A DNA stretch of 64,000 nt from Polaribacter sp. SA4-10 (GCA_949519155.1 CATIQU010000001.1:28158-92157); one strand, 5' to 3'. Positions 10,156 through 18,891 are shown, counted from the stretch's first letter. Made by a program: numbers and translations. Notes: generated by a model from the sequence alone, not told the origin.

Positions 10156-11781
10156 ATGAAAAACCTACTTACTTCCATACTTATTATATCCTCTCTTTTT
10201 TTAAATGCGCAAGAAACCGTAGAAGATGATTTTGAAGGGAATGGTACAATTACATCTTGGGCTGGCGATGATTGTGGTATCGATACAGCGTTTACAAATC
10301 CTTTTCAAACCGGAATTAATACTTCGAATACCGTTTTAAAATATACGGATACTGGGGGCGATTATGCCAATGTTCGCTTTGATACATCTATTAATTTTGA
10401 TTTATCTACAGGACACACTTTTTCTTTAAAACTATATGTTCCTTCTAGCAGTATTACAGGGAATGAAGCAAACCAACTCTCCTTAAAGTTGCAAAATGGA
10501 AATTTAGGAGCTGTTTGGGAAACTCAATCTGAAATCATCAAGACGTATGCTTTAGACCAATGGCAAACAATTACATTTGATTTTGAAAATGATAATTACT
10601 TGAATTACAATTCAGGTTCTGGAGCACCAATTGCAAGAACCGATTTTAATCGAGTTTTATTACAAGTAAATGATGAGAACAACACCAATGATGTTACTGC
10701 TTATATCGATGATTTCTTATACGATGGGGTTTTAGAAGATAACTCTGGAAATGGCCCGAATACAGATCCTGTTTATGACGAATTAATATGGTCTGATGAG
10801 TTTAATGGCACAGGAGCAATTGATTCAAATAAATGGTTTCATCAAACACAATTGCCATCTGGAGGGAGTTGGTATAATGGAGAAATACAACATTACACAA
10901 ACAGAACAACAAATACCTATGTTTCTAACGGAGCGATGCATTTAGTTGCTAAAAAAGAATCATTTACCGATCAAGGGCAGACCAAGCAATATACTTCTGC
11001 AAGATTAAATTCAAAAATAGCCTTCACCTATGGAAAAGTAGAGGTGAGAGCAATTTTGCCAACAGGAGTAGGTACATGGCCCGCAATTTGGATGCTAGGA
11101 AAAAATATTACAGAAACGGGTGCTTATTGGCAAACGCAAGGATATGGTACGACAGGTTGGCCAGCTTGTGGCGAAATAGACATTATGGAGCATTGGGGAA
11201 CAAATCAAAATTTTGTTCAGAGTGCCATGCATACGCCTTCGAGTTCTGGGGGAACTGTAAATTATGGAGGACAAATCATTTCTACAGCTTCTACCGCCTA
11301 TCATGTGTATTCTTTAGAATGGTATCCAGAAAAAATGGTTTTTAAAGTAGATGGTGTACATCATTACACCTATCAGCCAGAAGTAAGAAACTCGAGCACG
11401 TGGCCTTTTGATTCAGCTCAATATATTTTGCTAAATACAGCGATTCAACCCAGTATTGCTTCTTCATTTACAGAAAGCGATATGATTATTGATTATGTAA
11501 GAGTCTACCAAGAAGCGACTGCGTCCGTAAAAGAAGTTGCGAATTTGGACACCATAAAAATATATCCAAATCCGGTCGAGAACAATGTAACGATTCAAAT
11601 ACACCCAAATCTTATTGGTGTTAAAGCGACCGTTTACTCTTTATTAGGGAAAGAAATCACTTCTTTTGTGCAAAAAACTTCAACAAAAGAACACAATTTT
11701 TCTAATTTAATAAGAGGAGTTTACCTTCTTAAATTCGATTCAAAAGGTATATCTTCTTCCTATAAAATTTTTAAAATGTAA
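10156..11781 (+). CDS. secreted GH16 beta-glucanase (laminarinase-like) with N-terminal CBM-like domain and T9SS C-terminal sorting domain
   Basis: Signal peptide; GH16 catalytic motif E-x-D-x-x-E (CGEIDIMEHWG). C-terminal ~80 aa (IKIYPNPVENNVTIQ...GVYLLKF...YKIFKM) matches the type-A Por secretion tail pattern. Confidence 0.85.
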   Translation: MKNLLTSILIISSLFLNAQETVEDDFEGNGTITSWAGDDCGIDTAFTNPFQTGINTSNTVLKYTDTGGDYANVRFDTSINFDLSTGHTFSLKLYVPSSSITGNEANQLSLKLQNGNLGAVWETQSEIIKTYALDQWQTITFDFENDNYLNYNSGSGAPIARTDFNRVLLQVNDENNTNDVTAYIDDFLYDGVLEDNSGNGPNTDPVYDELIWSDEFNGTGAIDSNKWFHQTQLPSGGSWYNGEIQHYTNRTTNTYVSNGAMHLVAKKESFTDQGQTKQYTSARLNSKIAFTYGKVEVRAILPTGVGTWPAIWMLGKNITETGAYWQTQGYGTTGWPACGEIDIMEHWGTNQNFVQSAMHTPSSSGGTVNYGGQIISTASTAYHVYSLEWYPEKMVFKVDGVHHYTYQPEVRNSSTWPFDSAQYILLNTAIQPSIASSFTESDMIIDYVRVYQEATASVKEVANLDTIKIYPNPVENNVTIQIHPNLIGVKATVYSLLGKEITSFVQKTSTKEHNFSNLIRGVYLLKFDSKGISSSYKIFKM

Positions 11782-11849
11782 GATTTATTTACGCTATTTT
11801 TTATTTGCTCTATTTATTTATGTATATTTAAATTTCTCAAATAATCATA

Positions 11850-12026
11850 ATGTCTCTTATTAATCAACTACTTAGCCATAGGAATCACCTCGAAGAACGA
11901 TATCGAAGGCTTTTAGAACGGTCAGATAATTACCGCTATATTGATGAAAATAAAAGCGATAATGCTGCCTTTAAAGCCATGAAGATTTTAAGTAAAATAA
12001 ATAAAGTTTCTTATTTGGATATGTAG
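11850..12026 (+). CDS. 58-aa helical mini-protein, possibly Lacal_2735-like
   Basis: Own translation: MSLINQLLSHRNHLEERYRRLLERSDNYRYIDENKSDNAAFKAMKILSKINKVSYLDM, stop TAG at 12024-12026. The family assignment is from memory of the general pattern only. Confidence 0.35.
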   Translation: MSLINQLLSHRNHLEERYRRLLERSDNYRYIDENKSDNAAFKAMKILSKINKVSYLDM

Positions 12027-12054
12027 TTTTCTTGAGCTTTCTTTTGAAAAGAGT

Positions 12055-12879
12055 TTAAATAGCTATGGTATCTAAAATAGCCGCCATTTGTTGTTGTAAT
12101 TCTGCTGCCTTATCTGCAGCTGCGTTTGCGAAACTTTTGTCATCTGCCGCATAAATGATGCCACGAGAGGAATTGATAAGTAAACCAACGTTTTCTGATA
12201 AACCATATTTACAAACCTCTTGTAAATTTCCACCTTGTGCCCCTACACCAGGAACCAGTAAAAAAGAAGTAGGAATGATCTTTCTAATTTCTTTAAAATA
12301 AGTAGCTTTTGTAGCGCCCACTACATACATTAAGTTCTCTGAACTTTTCCAAGATTTTGAAGTTTCCAAAACATGTTGATACACTTCCTGGTCATTGATT
12401 TTTTTTGTTTGAAAATCAAAGGCTCCTTCATTGGAGGTTAGGGCCAAAAGAATGGTGTGTTTGTCTTCAAAAGCTAAAAAAGGTTCTACAGAATCTTTCC
12501 CCATATAAGGGGCAACAGTAACAGAGTCAAAAGCCAAGTCTTCAAAAAAAGCTTTTGCATACATGCTTGAAGTATTGCCAATGTCTCCACGTTTTGCATC
12601 TGCAATCGTAAAGATTTCTGGATAGCTTTTGTTGAGGTATGCAATTGTCTTTTGCAAAGAAACCCAACCCTTAATCCCATATGCTTCATAAAAAGCAGTG
12701 TTAGGTTTGTAGGCAACACAGAGGTGATTTGTTGCATCTATAATCGCTTTGTTAAAGGCAAAAATAGGATCTTCCTCTTGTAGTAAATGTGTTGGAATTT
12801 TAGTCATATCGACATCCAAACCAATGCATAAAAAAGATTTCTTTTTGTGTATTTCAGCAACCAATTGTTGTGTTGTCAT
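12055..12879 (-). CDS. pyrF: orotidine 5'-phosphate decarboxylase (type 2)
   Basis: 274 aa. Active-site motif [13 protein letters not shown] and an overall ODCase-like sequence. Confidence 0.9.
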   Translation of the reverse strand: MTTQQLVAEIHKKKSFLCIGLDVDMTKIPTHLLQEEDPIFAFNKAIIDATNHLCVAYKPNTAFYEAYGIKGWVSLQKTIAYLNKSYPEIFTIADAKRGDIGNTSSMYAKAFFEDLAFDSVTVAPYMGKDSVEPFLAFEDKHTILLALTSNEGAFDFQTKKINDQEVYQHVLETSKSWKSSENLMYVVGATKATYFKEIRKIIPTSFLLVPGVGAQGGNLQEVCKYGLSENVGLLINSSRGIIYAADDKSFANAAADKAAELQQQMAAILDTIAI

Positions 12880-12928
12880 CTTTGTGAATAAAAGTTTTGT
12901 AAAGGTACATTTTTTTAGGACTTTCTGC

Positions 12929-12936
12929 TATCTTTG
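12929..12936 (+). promoter_or_regulatory. -7 box TATCTTTG upstream of the ABC permease
   Basis: Exact TAnnTTTG match, 5 nt before ATG 12942. Confidence 0.45.
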
Positions 12937-12941
12937 TATTG

Positions 12942-14015
12942 ATGATTGGCTATATTTTCAACAAAATTTTCTACGGATTTCTCACCCTGTTTGGTGTTGT
13001 AACCGTAATTTTTTTTCTTTTCAACCTTTTAGGTGATCCCTCAAGGATGCTTTTGGATCAACGTCAAGACACAGCGCAATTAAAGGCAATTCAGCATAAA
13101 TATGGATTTGATAAGCCATTGCTGACTCAATATTTTTATTATTTAAATGATGTTTCTCCAATTTCTATTCACAGCAATTCAAAAGAGAGTTACACCAATT
13201 TGTTAGCGAATAAATTCTCTTATAAATCTCTTTTTTTGATGCGAGATCAAACCCTTGTTTTGAAATTCCCTTACTTAAGAGAGTCGTTTCAGAAAAGCGG
13301 TAAAAAAGTGTCTGCCGTTATTCGCGAAACACTACCCAATACAGCTGTTTTAGCCTTGTTAGCAATTACAATAGCCATTATTATCGGAATGCTACTAGGT
13401 GTTTTATCCGCTATTTATAAAGACTCTTTTTTCGATAGAATTACAGCAATCATTAGTACCTTAGGAATGAGTGTTCCTTCCTTTTTCTCTGCAATTTTGT
13501 TTGCTTGGCTGTTTGGTTTTGTCTTTCATGAAGCTACAGGTCTCGAAATGACTGGCAGTTTGTATGAAGTGGATGATTTTGGCGAAGGAAGTTCGCTACA
13601 ACTCAAAAATTTAATCTTACCAGCCATTGTTTTAGGAATTAGACCCTTGGCAGTGATCATTCAGTTAATGCGAAATTCATTGTTAGAAATTCTGAATGAA
13701 GATTACGTAAGAACTGCCAAGGCAAAAGGTTTAAGTACTTTTAATGTTATTAGAAAACACGCCCTTAAAAACGCCTTAAACCCAGTAGTTACTGCAATTT
13801 CTGGCTGGTTTGCTTCCATGTTGGCAGGCGCTGTTTTTATTGAATATATTTTTAATTGGAATGGACTTGGGATAGAAATTGTAAACGCATTAAATACCTT
13901 AGATTTGCCCATTATTATGGGAAGTGTATTGGTTATTGCCACTTTATTTATACTCATTAATATTTTATTAGACGTCATTTACAGTTGGTTAGACCCAAGA
14001 ATTAGATTACAATAA
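12942..14015 (+). CDS. ABC transporter permease (DppB/OppB-type peptide/nickel family)
   Basis: Multi-pass membrane protein with the family loop EDYVRTAKAKGLS. ATG 12942 is preferred over the track's TTG 12939. Confidence 0.8.
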   Translation: MIGYIFNKIFYGFLTLFGVVTVIFFLFNLLGDPSRMLLDQRQDTAQLKAIQHKYGFDKPLLTQYFYYLNDVSPISIHSNSKESYTNLLANKFSYKSLFLMRDQTLVLKFPYLRESFQKSGKKVSAVIRETLPNTAVLALLAITIAIIIGMLLGVLSAIYKDSFFDRITAIISTLGMSVPSFFSAILFAWLFGFVFHEATGLEMTGSLYEVDDFGEGSSLQLKNLILPAIVLGIRPLAVIIQLMRNSLLEILNEDYVRTAKAKGLSTFNVIRKHALKNALNPVVTAISGWFASMLAGAVFIEYIFNWNGLGIEIVNALNTLDLPIIMGSVLVIATLFILINILLDVIYSWLDPRIRLQ

Positions 14016-14017
14016 CT

Positions 14018-14518
14018 ATGAAAAACTATATTTCAATATTAATTCTTGCAGTTTTCTTGTCAAGTTGTAATTTTGAAACACCTGTACAATTTTCAGAAAC
14101 AGCGAAGGCAGATTTTTTAACTTCGTTAACGGGAGAAAAAACAACCTTTAAAGAGGTAATTGGACAGTACAAAGGCAAAAAAGTATTGATCGATATTTGG
14201 GCTTCGTGGTGTGCAGATTGCGTCAAAGGAATGCCTGTAATAAAACGTTTGCAAAGAGAATTTCCAGAAGTCGTTTTTTTATTTCTATCCGTAGATAGAA
14301 AAAATAGCGCATGGAAAAAAGGAATTCAACGCTTTGAAATGAAAGGAGAACATTATAATTTGCCAAAAGGAATGCGCAAAGGAGATTTTGTAGATTTCGT
14401 TCATTTAAGTTGGATACCGCGGTATATGATCCTCGATGAAACGGGTGTTATTTTACTTTTTAAAGCAACAAACTCCTCCGATAAGAGCATTGTATCTGCA
14501 TTGAAAAAACTCCAATAA
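14018..14518 (+). CDS. TlpA/redoxin-family thiol:disulfide oxidoreductase lipoprotein
   Basis: Lipobox FLSSC and thioredoxin-fold CxxC motif (IDIWASWCADCVKG). Starts 2 nt after the permease stop. Confidence 0.75.
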   Translation: MKNYISILILAVFLSSCNFETPVQFSETAKADFLTSLTGEKTTFKEVIGQYKGKKVLIDIWASWCADCVKGMPVIKRLQREFPEVVFLFLSVDRKNSAWKKGIQRFEMKGEHYNLPKGMRKGDFVDFVHLSWIPRYMILDETGVILLFKATNSSDKSIVSALKKLQ

Positions 14519-14608
14519 ATCGTTATCGTAACTATTTCTTTTTCACGCCCCTTTTTCTTATTCCATTTCTTAATTTTACATTTTTAAAATAGACCAAACA
14601 CTATAAGT

Positions 14609-15367
14609 ATGAGAACTAAAATTATTGCAGGAAACTGGAAAATGAATAATACTATTGAAGAAACCACTACGCTAATCAAACAACTTCAAGACTCTTTGAA
14701 AGACGCTTCTTTAGAGAATACCAGAGTTTTGGTGGCCCCAACTTTTGTAAATTTATTCATGGGTGTTGAAAATGCTAAAGATACTAAAATCGAAGTTGTC
14801 GCACAAAACATGCATCAAGCAAAAAATGGCGCCTTTACTGGTGAAATTTCTGCAGACATGTTAAAAAGTATTGGTGTTGTCTCTGTGATTTTAGGGCATT
14901 CAGAAAGAAGAACTTATTTCGGTGAAACCGATGCGCTTTTAGCCGAAAAAGTAACTACCACTTTAGAAAACAATATGGAAGCAATTTTCTGTATTGGAGA
15001 ATTGTTAGAAGACCGTAAATCAGGAAATCACTTTAGCGTAGTAGAAAGTCAATTAAAAAATGGGTTGTTCCATTTAGAAGCTGCAGTATGGAAAAACATT
15101 GTATTGGCATATGAGCCAGTTTGGGCAATTGGTACTGGCGAAACAGCCAGTCCAGAACAAGCACAAGAAATGCATGCTTTTATTCGTAATATTATTAAAG
15201 AACAGTACAATGCGCAAGTAGCAGATGCTGTTTCTATTTTATATGGAGGTAGTGTGAAGCCAGCAAACGCGGTAGAGATCTTTTCGAAACCAGATGTAGA
15301 TGGTGGATTAGTTGGTGGAGCTGCTTTAAACGCTGCAGATTTTACAGCCATCATTAAAGCAATATAA
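14609..15367 (+). CDS. tpiA: triosephosphate isomerase
   Basis: IAGNWKMN, ILGHSERR and AYEPVWAIGTG signature motifs. Confidence 0.95.
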   Translation: MRTKIIAGNWKMNNTIEETTTLIKQLQDSLKDASLENTRVLVAPTFVNLFMGVENAKDTKIEVVAQNMHQAKNGAFTGEISADMLKSIGVVSVILGHSERRTYFGETDALLAEKVTTTLENNMEAIFCIGELLEDRKSGNHFSVVESQLKNGLFHLEAAVWKNIVLAYEPVWAIGTGETASPEQAQEMHAFIRNIIKEQYNAQVADAVSILYGGSVKPANAVEIFSKPDVDGGLVGGAALNAADFTAIIKAI

Positions 15368-15402
15368 AAGAAGTTATTCAACGCTCTTTTAAAGAAAAGG
15401 AA

Positions 15403-15410
15403 TAAATTTG
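15403..15410 (+). promoter_or_regulatory. -7 box TAAATTTG upstream of prmA
   Basis: Exact match. Its final G (15410) is the first base of the tpiA terminator hairpin. Confidence 0.4.
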
Positions 15411-15443
15411 CATCGAGATTTTAAAATCTTGATGCATTTTTTT
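15410..15443 (+). terminator. intrinsic terminator after tpiA
   Basis: GCATCGAGATTTT/AAAATCTTGATGC, a 13-bp stem with one mismatch, followed by ATTTTTTT. Confidence 0.7.
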
Positions 15444-15464
15444 GAATAGAATTAGCACTTATTT

Positions 15465-16301
15465 ATGGACAATATTTACATAGAATACAATTTTACAGTA
15501 ACTCCTAAAGAACCCGCAACCGAGATTTTAATTGCAGAACTGGGCAATGTTGGTTTTGAGAGTTTCGTAGAAAATGAAAATGGCGTTACTGCCTACATTC
15601 AAAAAGATAACTGGAATAAAACGCTTTTAGAAGCTATCTTTATATTGAATTCAGATGAGTTTACAATTACCTATCTTCATCATGAAGTGGCTCAAACCAA
15701 CTGGAATGCAGAATGGGAAAAGAATTTTGAAGCCATTGAGGTTGATGAAATGGTAAGTATACGTGCTCCATTTCATGAAAATCCAAATCTGAAATACGAT
15801 ATTGTAATTGAACCAAAAATGAGTTTTGGTACTGGGCATCATGAAACCACACACATGATGGTGCAGCATTTATTGCAGCTAGAATTGGAGCATAAAAAAG
15901 TGTTAGACATGGGTTGTGGTACAGGAATCTTAGCCATTTTTGCCGAGATGAGAGGCGCAAAACCAACCGATGCGATTGATATTGACAATTGGTGTTACTT
16001 AAATTCAATTGAAAATGTAGATCGAAACCACTGTGAACATATTACTGTTTTTGAAGGAGATTCGGCTCTTTTAAGGGATAAGAAGTACGATGTAATTATT
16101 GCAAACATCAACCGAAATATTTTATTGATGGACATGGAAATTTACACCAATTGTTTAAATGACAAAGGTGTTTTACTTCTAAGTGGCTTTTACAAAGAAG
16201 ACATTGCGATGATTGATGCAGAAGTTCCTAAATACCAATTGGAATTGGAAACCACCCTCGAAAGAAATAATTGGGTTGCTTTAAAATATAATAAGTTGTA
16301 A
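15465..16301 (+). CDS. prmA: ribosomal protein L11 methyltransferase
   Basis: 278 aa. PrmA-like N-domain, FGTGHHETT, and SAM-binding motif VLDMGCGTGILAI. Confidence 0.85.
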   Translation: MDNIYIEYNFTVTPKEPATEILIAELGNVGFESFVENENGVTAYIQKDNWNKTLLEAIFILNSDEFTITYLHHEVAQTNWNAEWEKNFEAIEVDEMVSIRAPFHENPNLKYDIVIEPKMSFGTGHHETTHMMVQHLLQLELEHKKVLDMGCGTGILAIFAEMRGAKPTDAIDIDNWCYLNSIENVDRNHCEHITVFEGDSALLRDKKYDVIIANINRNILLMDMEIYTNCLNDKGVLLLSGFYKEDIAMIDAEVPKYQLELETTLERNNWVALKYNKL

Positions 16302-16311
16302 TTTTGTGAGG

Positions 16312-16590
16312 ATGATGAGTACCAAAGAAAAAATACAAGAAGAAGTCGATACACTTGAGCAAGAAGTATTTCAGCATGAAATTGTTTTGCACAATGATGA
16401 TGTAAATACCTTCGATTATGTCATTGATTCTTTAATTGCTGTTTGTGACCATACAGTAGAGCAGGCGGAGCAATGTGCGTATTTAGTGCATTACAAAGGG
16501 AAGTGTACCGTAAAATCGGGTGAGTTTAAAGAGCTAGAGCCAAAATGCTCTAAACTACTACAATTAGGCTTGTCTGCCGAATTAATTTAA
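16312..16590 (+). CDS. clpS: ATP-dependent Clp protease adaptor ClpS
   Basis: Core VLHNDDVNTFDYVIDSL...QAEQCAYLVHYKGKCTV matches ClpS. Track start 16306 is GTG; ATG 16312 or 16315 is more likely. Confidence 0.85.
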   Translation: MMSTKEKIQEEVDTLEQEVFQHEIVLHNDDVNTFDYVIDSLIAVCDHTVEQAEQCAYLVHYKGKCTVKSGEFKELEPKCSKLLQLGLSAELI

Positions 16591-16593
16591 ATC

Positions 16594-16866
16594 ATGGAAA
16601 ATATCTTTAAATATTATCAGTTCTCAGCTTTTTTTAAGGACGAATCTAGTGTTTTTTCGGGCAACGAAATTGCTTATACAGAACTGAATAAAACCCATTA
16701 CCTAATTTTTGAAAAAAAAGAGGATAGTTACACGCTTTTTGTTTCAAAGTTCGGTTCCAGACACGAAATTGGAAAACTCAAACCTGAAATTTTAGAAACG
16801 GTTGTTGAAAACTACGACAAATCAATTCCGGAACACAGAGTTGCCCTAAGAAGGTATTTGGGGTAG
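16594..16866 (+). CDS. hypothetical protein (90 aa), probably co-transcribed with clpS
   Basis: ORF starts 3 nt after the clpS stop and is followed by a strong terminator at 16924-16966. No recognisable motif. Confidence 0.5.
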   Translation: MENIFKYYQFSAFFKDESSVFSGNEIAYTELNKTHYLIFEKKEDSYTLFVSKFGSRHEIGKLKPEILETVVENYDKSIPEHRVALRRYLG

Positions 16867-16923
16867 GGTGTGACGTATTGATTCTTGTCTTATATTCAAT
16901 TAGAGTCCGTTTTAGACATAATG

Positions 16924-16966
16924 AAAAAGCAACTAACTTATTATGAGTTAGTTGCTTTTTTTTTTG
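16924..16966. terminator. bidirectional intrinsic terminator
   Basis: A5 - AGCAACTAAC (9-nt loop) GTTAGTTGCT - T10; perfect 10-bp stem between convergent genes. Confidence 0.8.
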
Positions 16967-17038
16967 TAACCACGACTGAAATACAATAAGCCATTATAAA
17001 GGGCTTACGGTAGCTTTTTAAAATAGGAACTTTCCTTT

Positions 17039-17533
17039 TTAAATAACTCTAGAACAAATTCTAACGGGTGTTGATGTTCTTATGACACGGACTTCATGGG
17101 TTCCGTTTGTGTCTTCTGCTTGGGCTAATGCCAGCCTTACTTTTTTCTTAACACATCTTTGAGTTAAACAGATGTCATGATCCACCCATCCATCTGGACA
17201 GGAAGAAGTTCTAAGTGCTTGCAGATTTTCAGTCTCGTTGGTAATTGGTAAAATTTTAACCACATTGCTATTCATTTTAAGAATATAGCCATAGAGATCT
17301 TGGTCGTTTTTATCTTTTTTAGCAAAGAGTTCTTCACTTATTATAGAGGTAAATTTATCTAAGTCTTCTTTGTTGCTGACCTTAAAAGTAAAGTTAAATT
17401 CAGGTAAATCTAATTCCATATTGGAAAAGTCTAATTCCATTTTATCCAAATGAGTTGTTTCTAAATCTTCATGTTCAGAATCAACGCAATTTATCATAAA
17501 ACATAGTGTAGTTAATAAAAATAATTTTCTCAT
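17039..17533 (-). CDS. orphan lipoprotein: acidic N-half and 4-Cys C-terminal domain
   Basis: Signal peptide plus lipobox-like FMINC. MELD(F/L) duplication; C-terminal SSCPDGWVDHDICLTQRCVKK...RICSRVI. No family recognised. Confidence 0.55.
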   Translation of the reverse strand: MRKLFLLTTLCFMINCVDSEHEDLETTHLDKMELDFSNMELDLPEFNFTFKVSNKEDLDKFTSIISEELFAKKDKNDQDLYGYILKMNSNVVKILPITNETENLQALRTSSCPDGWVDHDICLTQRCVKKKVRLALAQAEDTNGTHEVRVIRTSTPVRICSRVI

Positions 17534-17754
17534 AATACTTGATTTTAAGTTGTTTAATGAAAAAGTATACTGTAATTAAGCAAAAAAAAATAATTACACA
17601 GAAAAAACATGTGTTAATGTTCTTGATGAAACATTAATTTATAATTAATACAAATAAGGAAAACAATAAATTTATCTTATACCACTTTTTTGCTGAAAAC
17701 GCGATTTTGAGAGACCAGTTCCCTCAAATCGTTCCTTTCATTTAAATAAAGAGC

Positions 17755-17788
17755 AAAAAAAAAGAGTTACAATTTAATGTAACTCTTT
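17755..17788 (-). terminator. intrinsic terminator downstream of tRNA-Arg
   Basis: AAAGAGTTAC (8-nt loop) GTAACTCTTT, with a T9 run on the minus strand (A-run 17755-17763). Confidence 0.7.
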
Positions 17789-17801
17789 AATTATCAATCT
17801 G

Positions 17802-17875
17802 TGACCATGGCTGGATTCAAACCAGCAACCTCTTGAGCCGTAATCAAGTGCGCTATTCAGTTGCGCCACATGGCC
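17802..17875 (-). tRNA. tRNA-Arg (anticodon ACG)
   Basis: Minus-strand read GGCCATG TG GCGC AACTGAATA GCGC A CTTGA TTACGGC TCAAG AGGTT GCTGG TTTGAAT CCAGC CATGGTC A folds as a cloverleaf. Seven-bp acceptor stem with one G-T pair, anticodon loop TT-ACG-GC, T-loop TTTGAAT. Confidence 0.9.
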
Positions 17876-17887
17876 TTTTTTCGGTTG

Positions 17888-17895
17888 CAAATATA
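17888..17895 (-). promoter_or_regulatory. -7 box TATATTTG for tRNA-Arg
   Basis: The minus strand reads TATATTTGCAACCGAAAAA then the tRNA 5' end at 17875. Confidence 0.55.
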
Positions 17896-17933
17896 GAAGC
17901 AATTTTTAAATAAGAAAAGCTATTTTGCTCTTT

Positions 17934-18164
17934 TTATGAATTAATTTCTTCTTTGTAGGTTTCGAGAATTGGAGCGGCTTTTTCTAAGTCGGTATTTAAG
18001 ATGAATAACTCGACCATTCGACCCAATGCACCAAAGCCTGCGATGTTGCCAGAGTTGATGTGATCCTTAGTAATAGACCCAATATTAGCGTCTTCTAAAC
18101 GAATTTCTAAGCCTTTTACAATGATTGAAGATTCTGAAAATACTTTGATATGTGCTGTTGTCAT
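17934..18164 (-). CDS. DUF2007-like small protein (putative signal-transducing protein fold)
   Basis: MTTAHIKVFSESSIIVKGLEIRLEDANIGSITKDH...VELFILNTDLEKAAPILETY fits the DUF2007 pattern. The track start 18212 runs across the stop of the next upstream ORF, so ATG 18164 is used. Confidence 0.55.
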   Translation of the reverse strand: MTTAHIKVFSESSIIVKGLEIRLEDANIGSITKDHINSGNIAGFGALGRMVELFILNTDLEKAAPILETYKEEINS

Positions 18165-18175
18165 AATTTTTAGAT

Positions 18176-18328
18176 TTAGTCTATTGCGTTCATGGTGACA
18201 AAAGCTCTCCATCCAATAATTGCTAATTGGAATTTTGATGCTTTAGAAATGTCTAATTGCTTTTTGGTAAAAGACGGAAAGACGACTTTGTTTAGTTTTG
18301 CAATCACTTTGAAAACTTGTTTTTTCAT
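18176..18328 (-). CDS. 50-aa small protein, function unknown
   Basis: Own translation: MKKQVFKVIAKLNKVVFPSFTKKQLDISKASKFQLAIIGWRAFVTMNAID, stop at 18176-18178. TAAATTTG box 19 nt upstream (18348-18355, minus strand). Confidence 0.45.
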   Translation of the reverse strand: MKKQVFKVIAKLNKVVFPSFTKKQLDISKASKFQLAIIGWRAFVTMNAID

Positions 18329-18347
18329 TACTGTTTTGTTTGGTGGT

Positions 18348-18355
18348 CAAATTTA
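18348..18355 (-). promoter_or_regulatory. -7 box TAAATTTG for the small-ORF/DUF2007 pair
   Basis: The minus strand reads TAAATTTG, 19 nt before ATG 18328. Confidence 0.45.
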
Positions 18356-18365
18356 CTGAAAAATA

Positions 18366-18396
18366 AACAACTCAACCTTTTAGTGGAGAAGTTGTT
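18366..18396. terminator. orphan hairpin, terminator-like in both orientations
   Basis: AACAACTC (12-nt loop) GAGAAGTTGTT, 8 bp with one bulge, T-rich on both sides. No annotated gene ends here. Confidence 0.3.
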
Positions 18397-18891
18397 TTCT
18401 GTTTCAATTATTTATCACGTCCTAATTTACTAAAATAAAAAAAAATAATTATTTTGTTTTTAGGAAATCGGTTTAAAATAAAATATTCATTAAAAATTGG
18501 AAGATCCACAGTATTAATTTTAAGATAATTTGCATCATTTTTTGTGATTTAAGTTCATAAAATAGTGCAATTTCGAAATTATGACATCAATATATGTTAG
18601 TTGTGTTCTTGTTACCAATTCTTGTAACTACTATTAATTAAACTGATTTAACATTTATAACAAAAAACAATAATTTGATTATAATATAGAATATAATGTC
18701 CTACGATAAGCTTTCTTTTCGTAATATAAAATCAATTTAAATGTTAAATACTGTTAGAAAGTAAAGGGTTTTTTCTTATCCATTTTAAAAAAACGATGTA
18801 AAAACCCCTTTTTTTTAGTCTTTTTTCACCTTTTGGTCTTTTCGTTTTATTAAAACTGATAAAAATGTATCTTCGCTAAAAAATAAAATAC

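Noticed and set aside
16865-16885. Possible att-type duplicate of the tRNA-Arg 3' end (GTGAC...GATTC) that would bound an island from 16.9 to 17.8 kb.
   Set aside because: The match is limited to about 5 plus 5 scattered bases, consistent with chance. No integrase is present.
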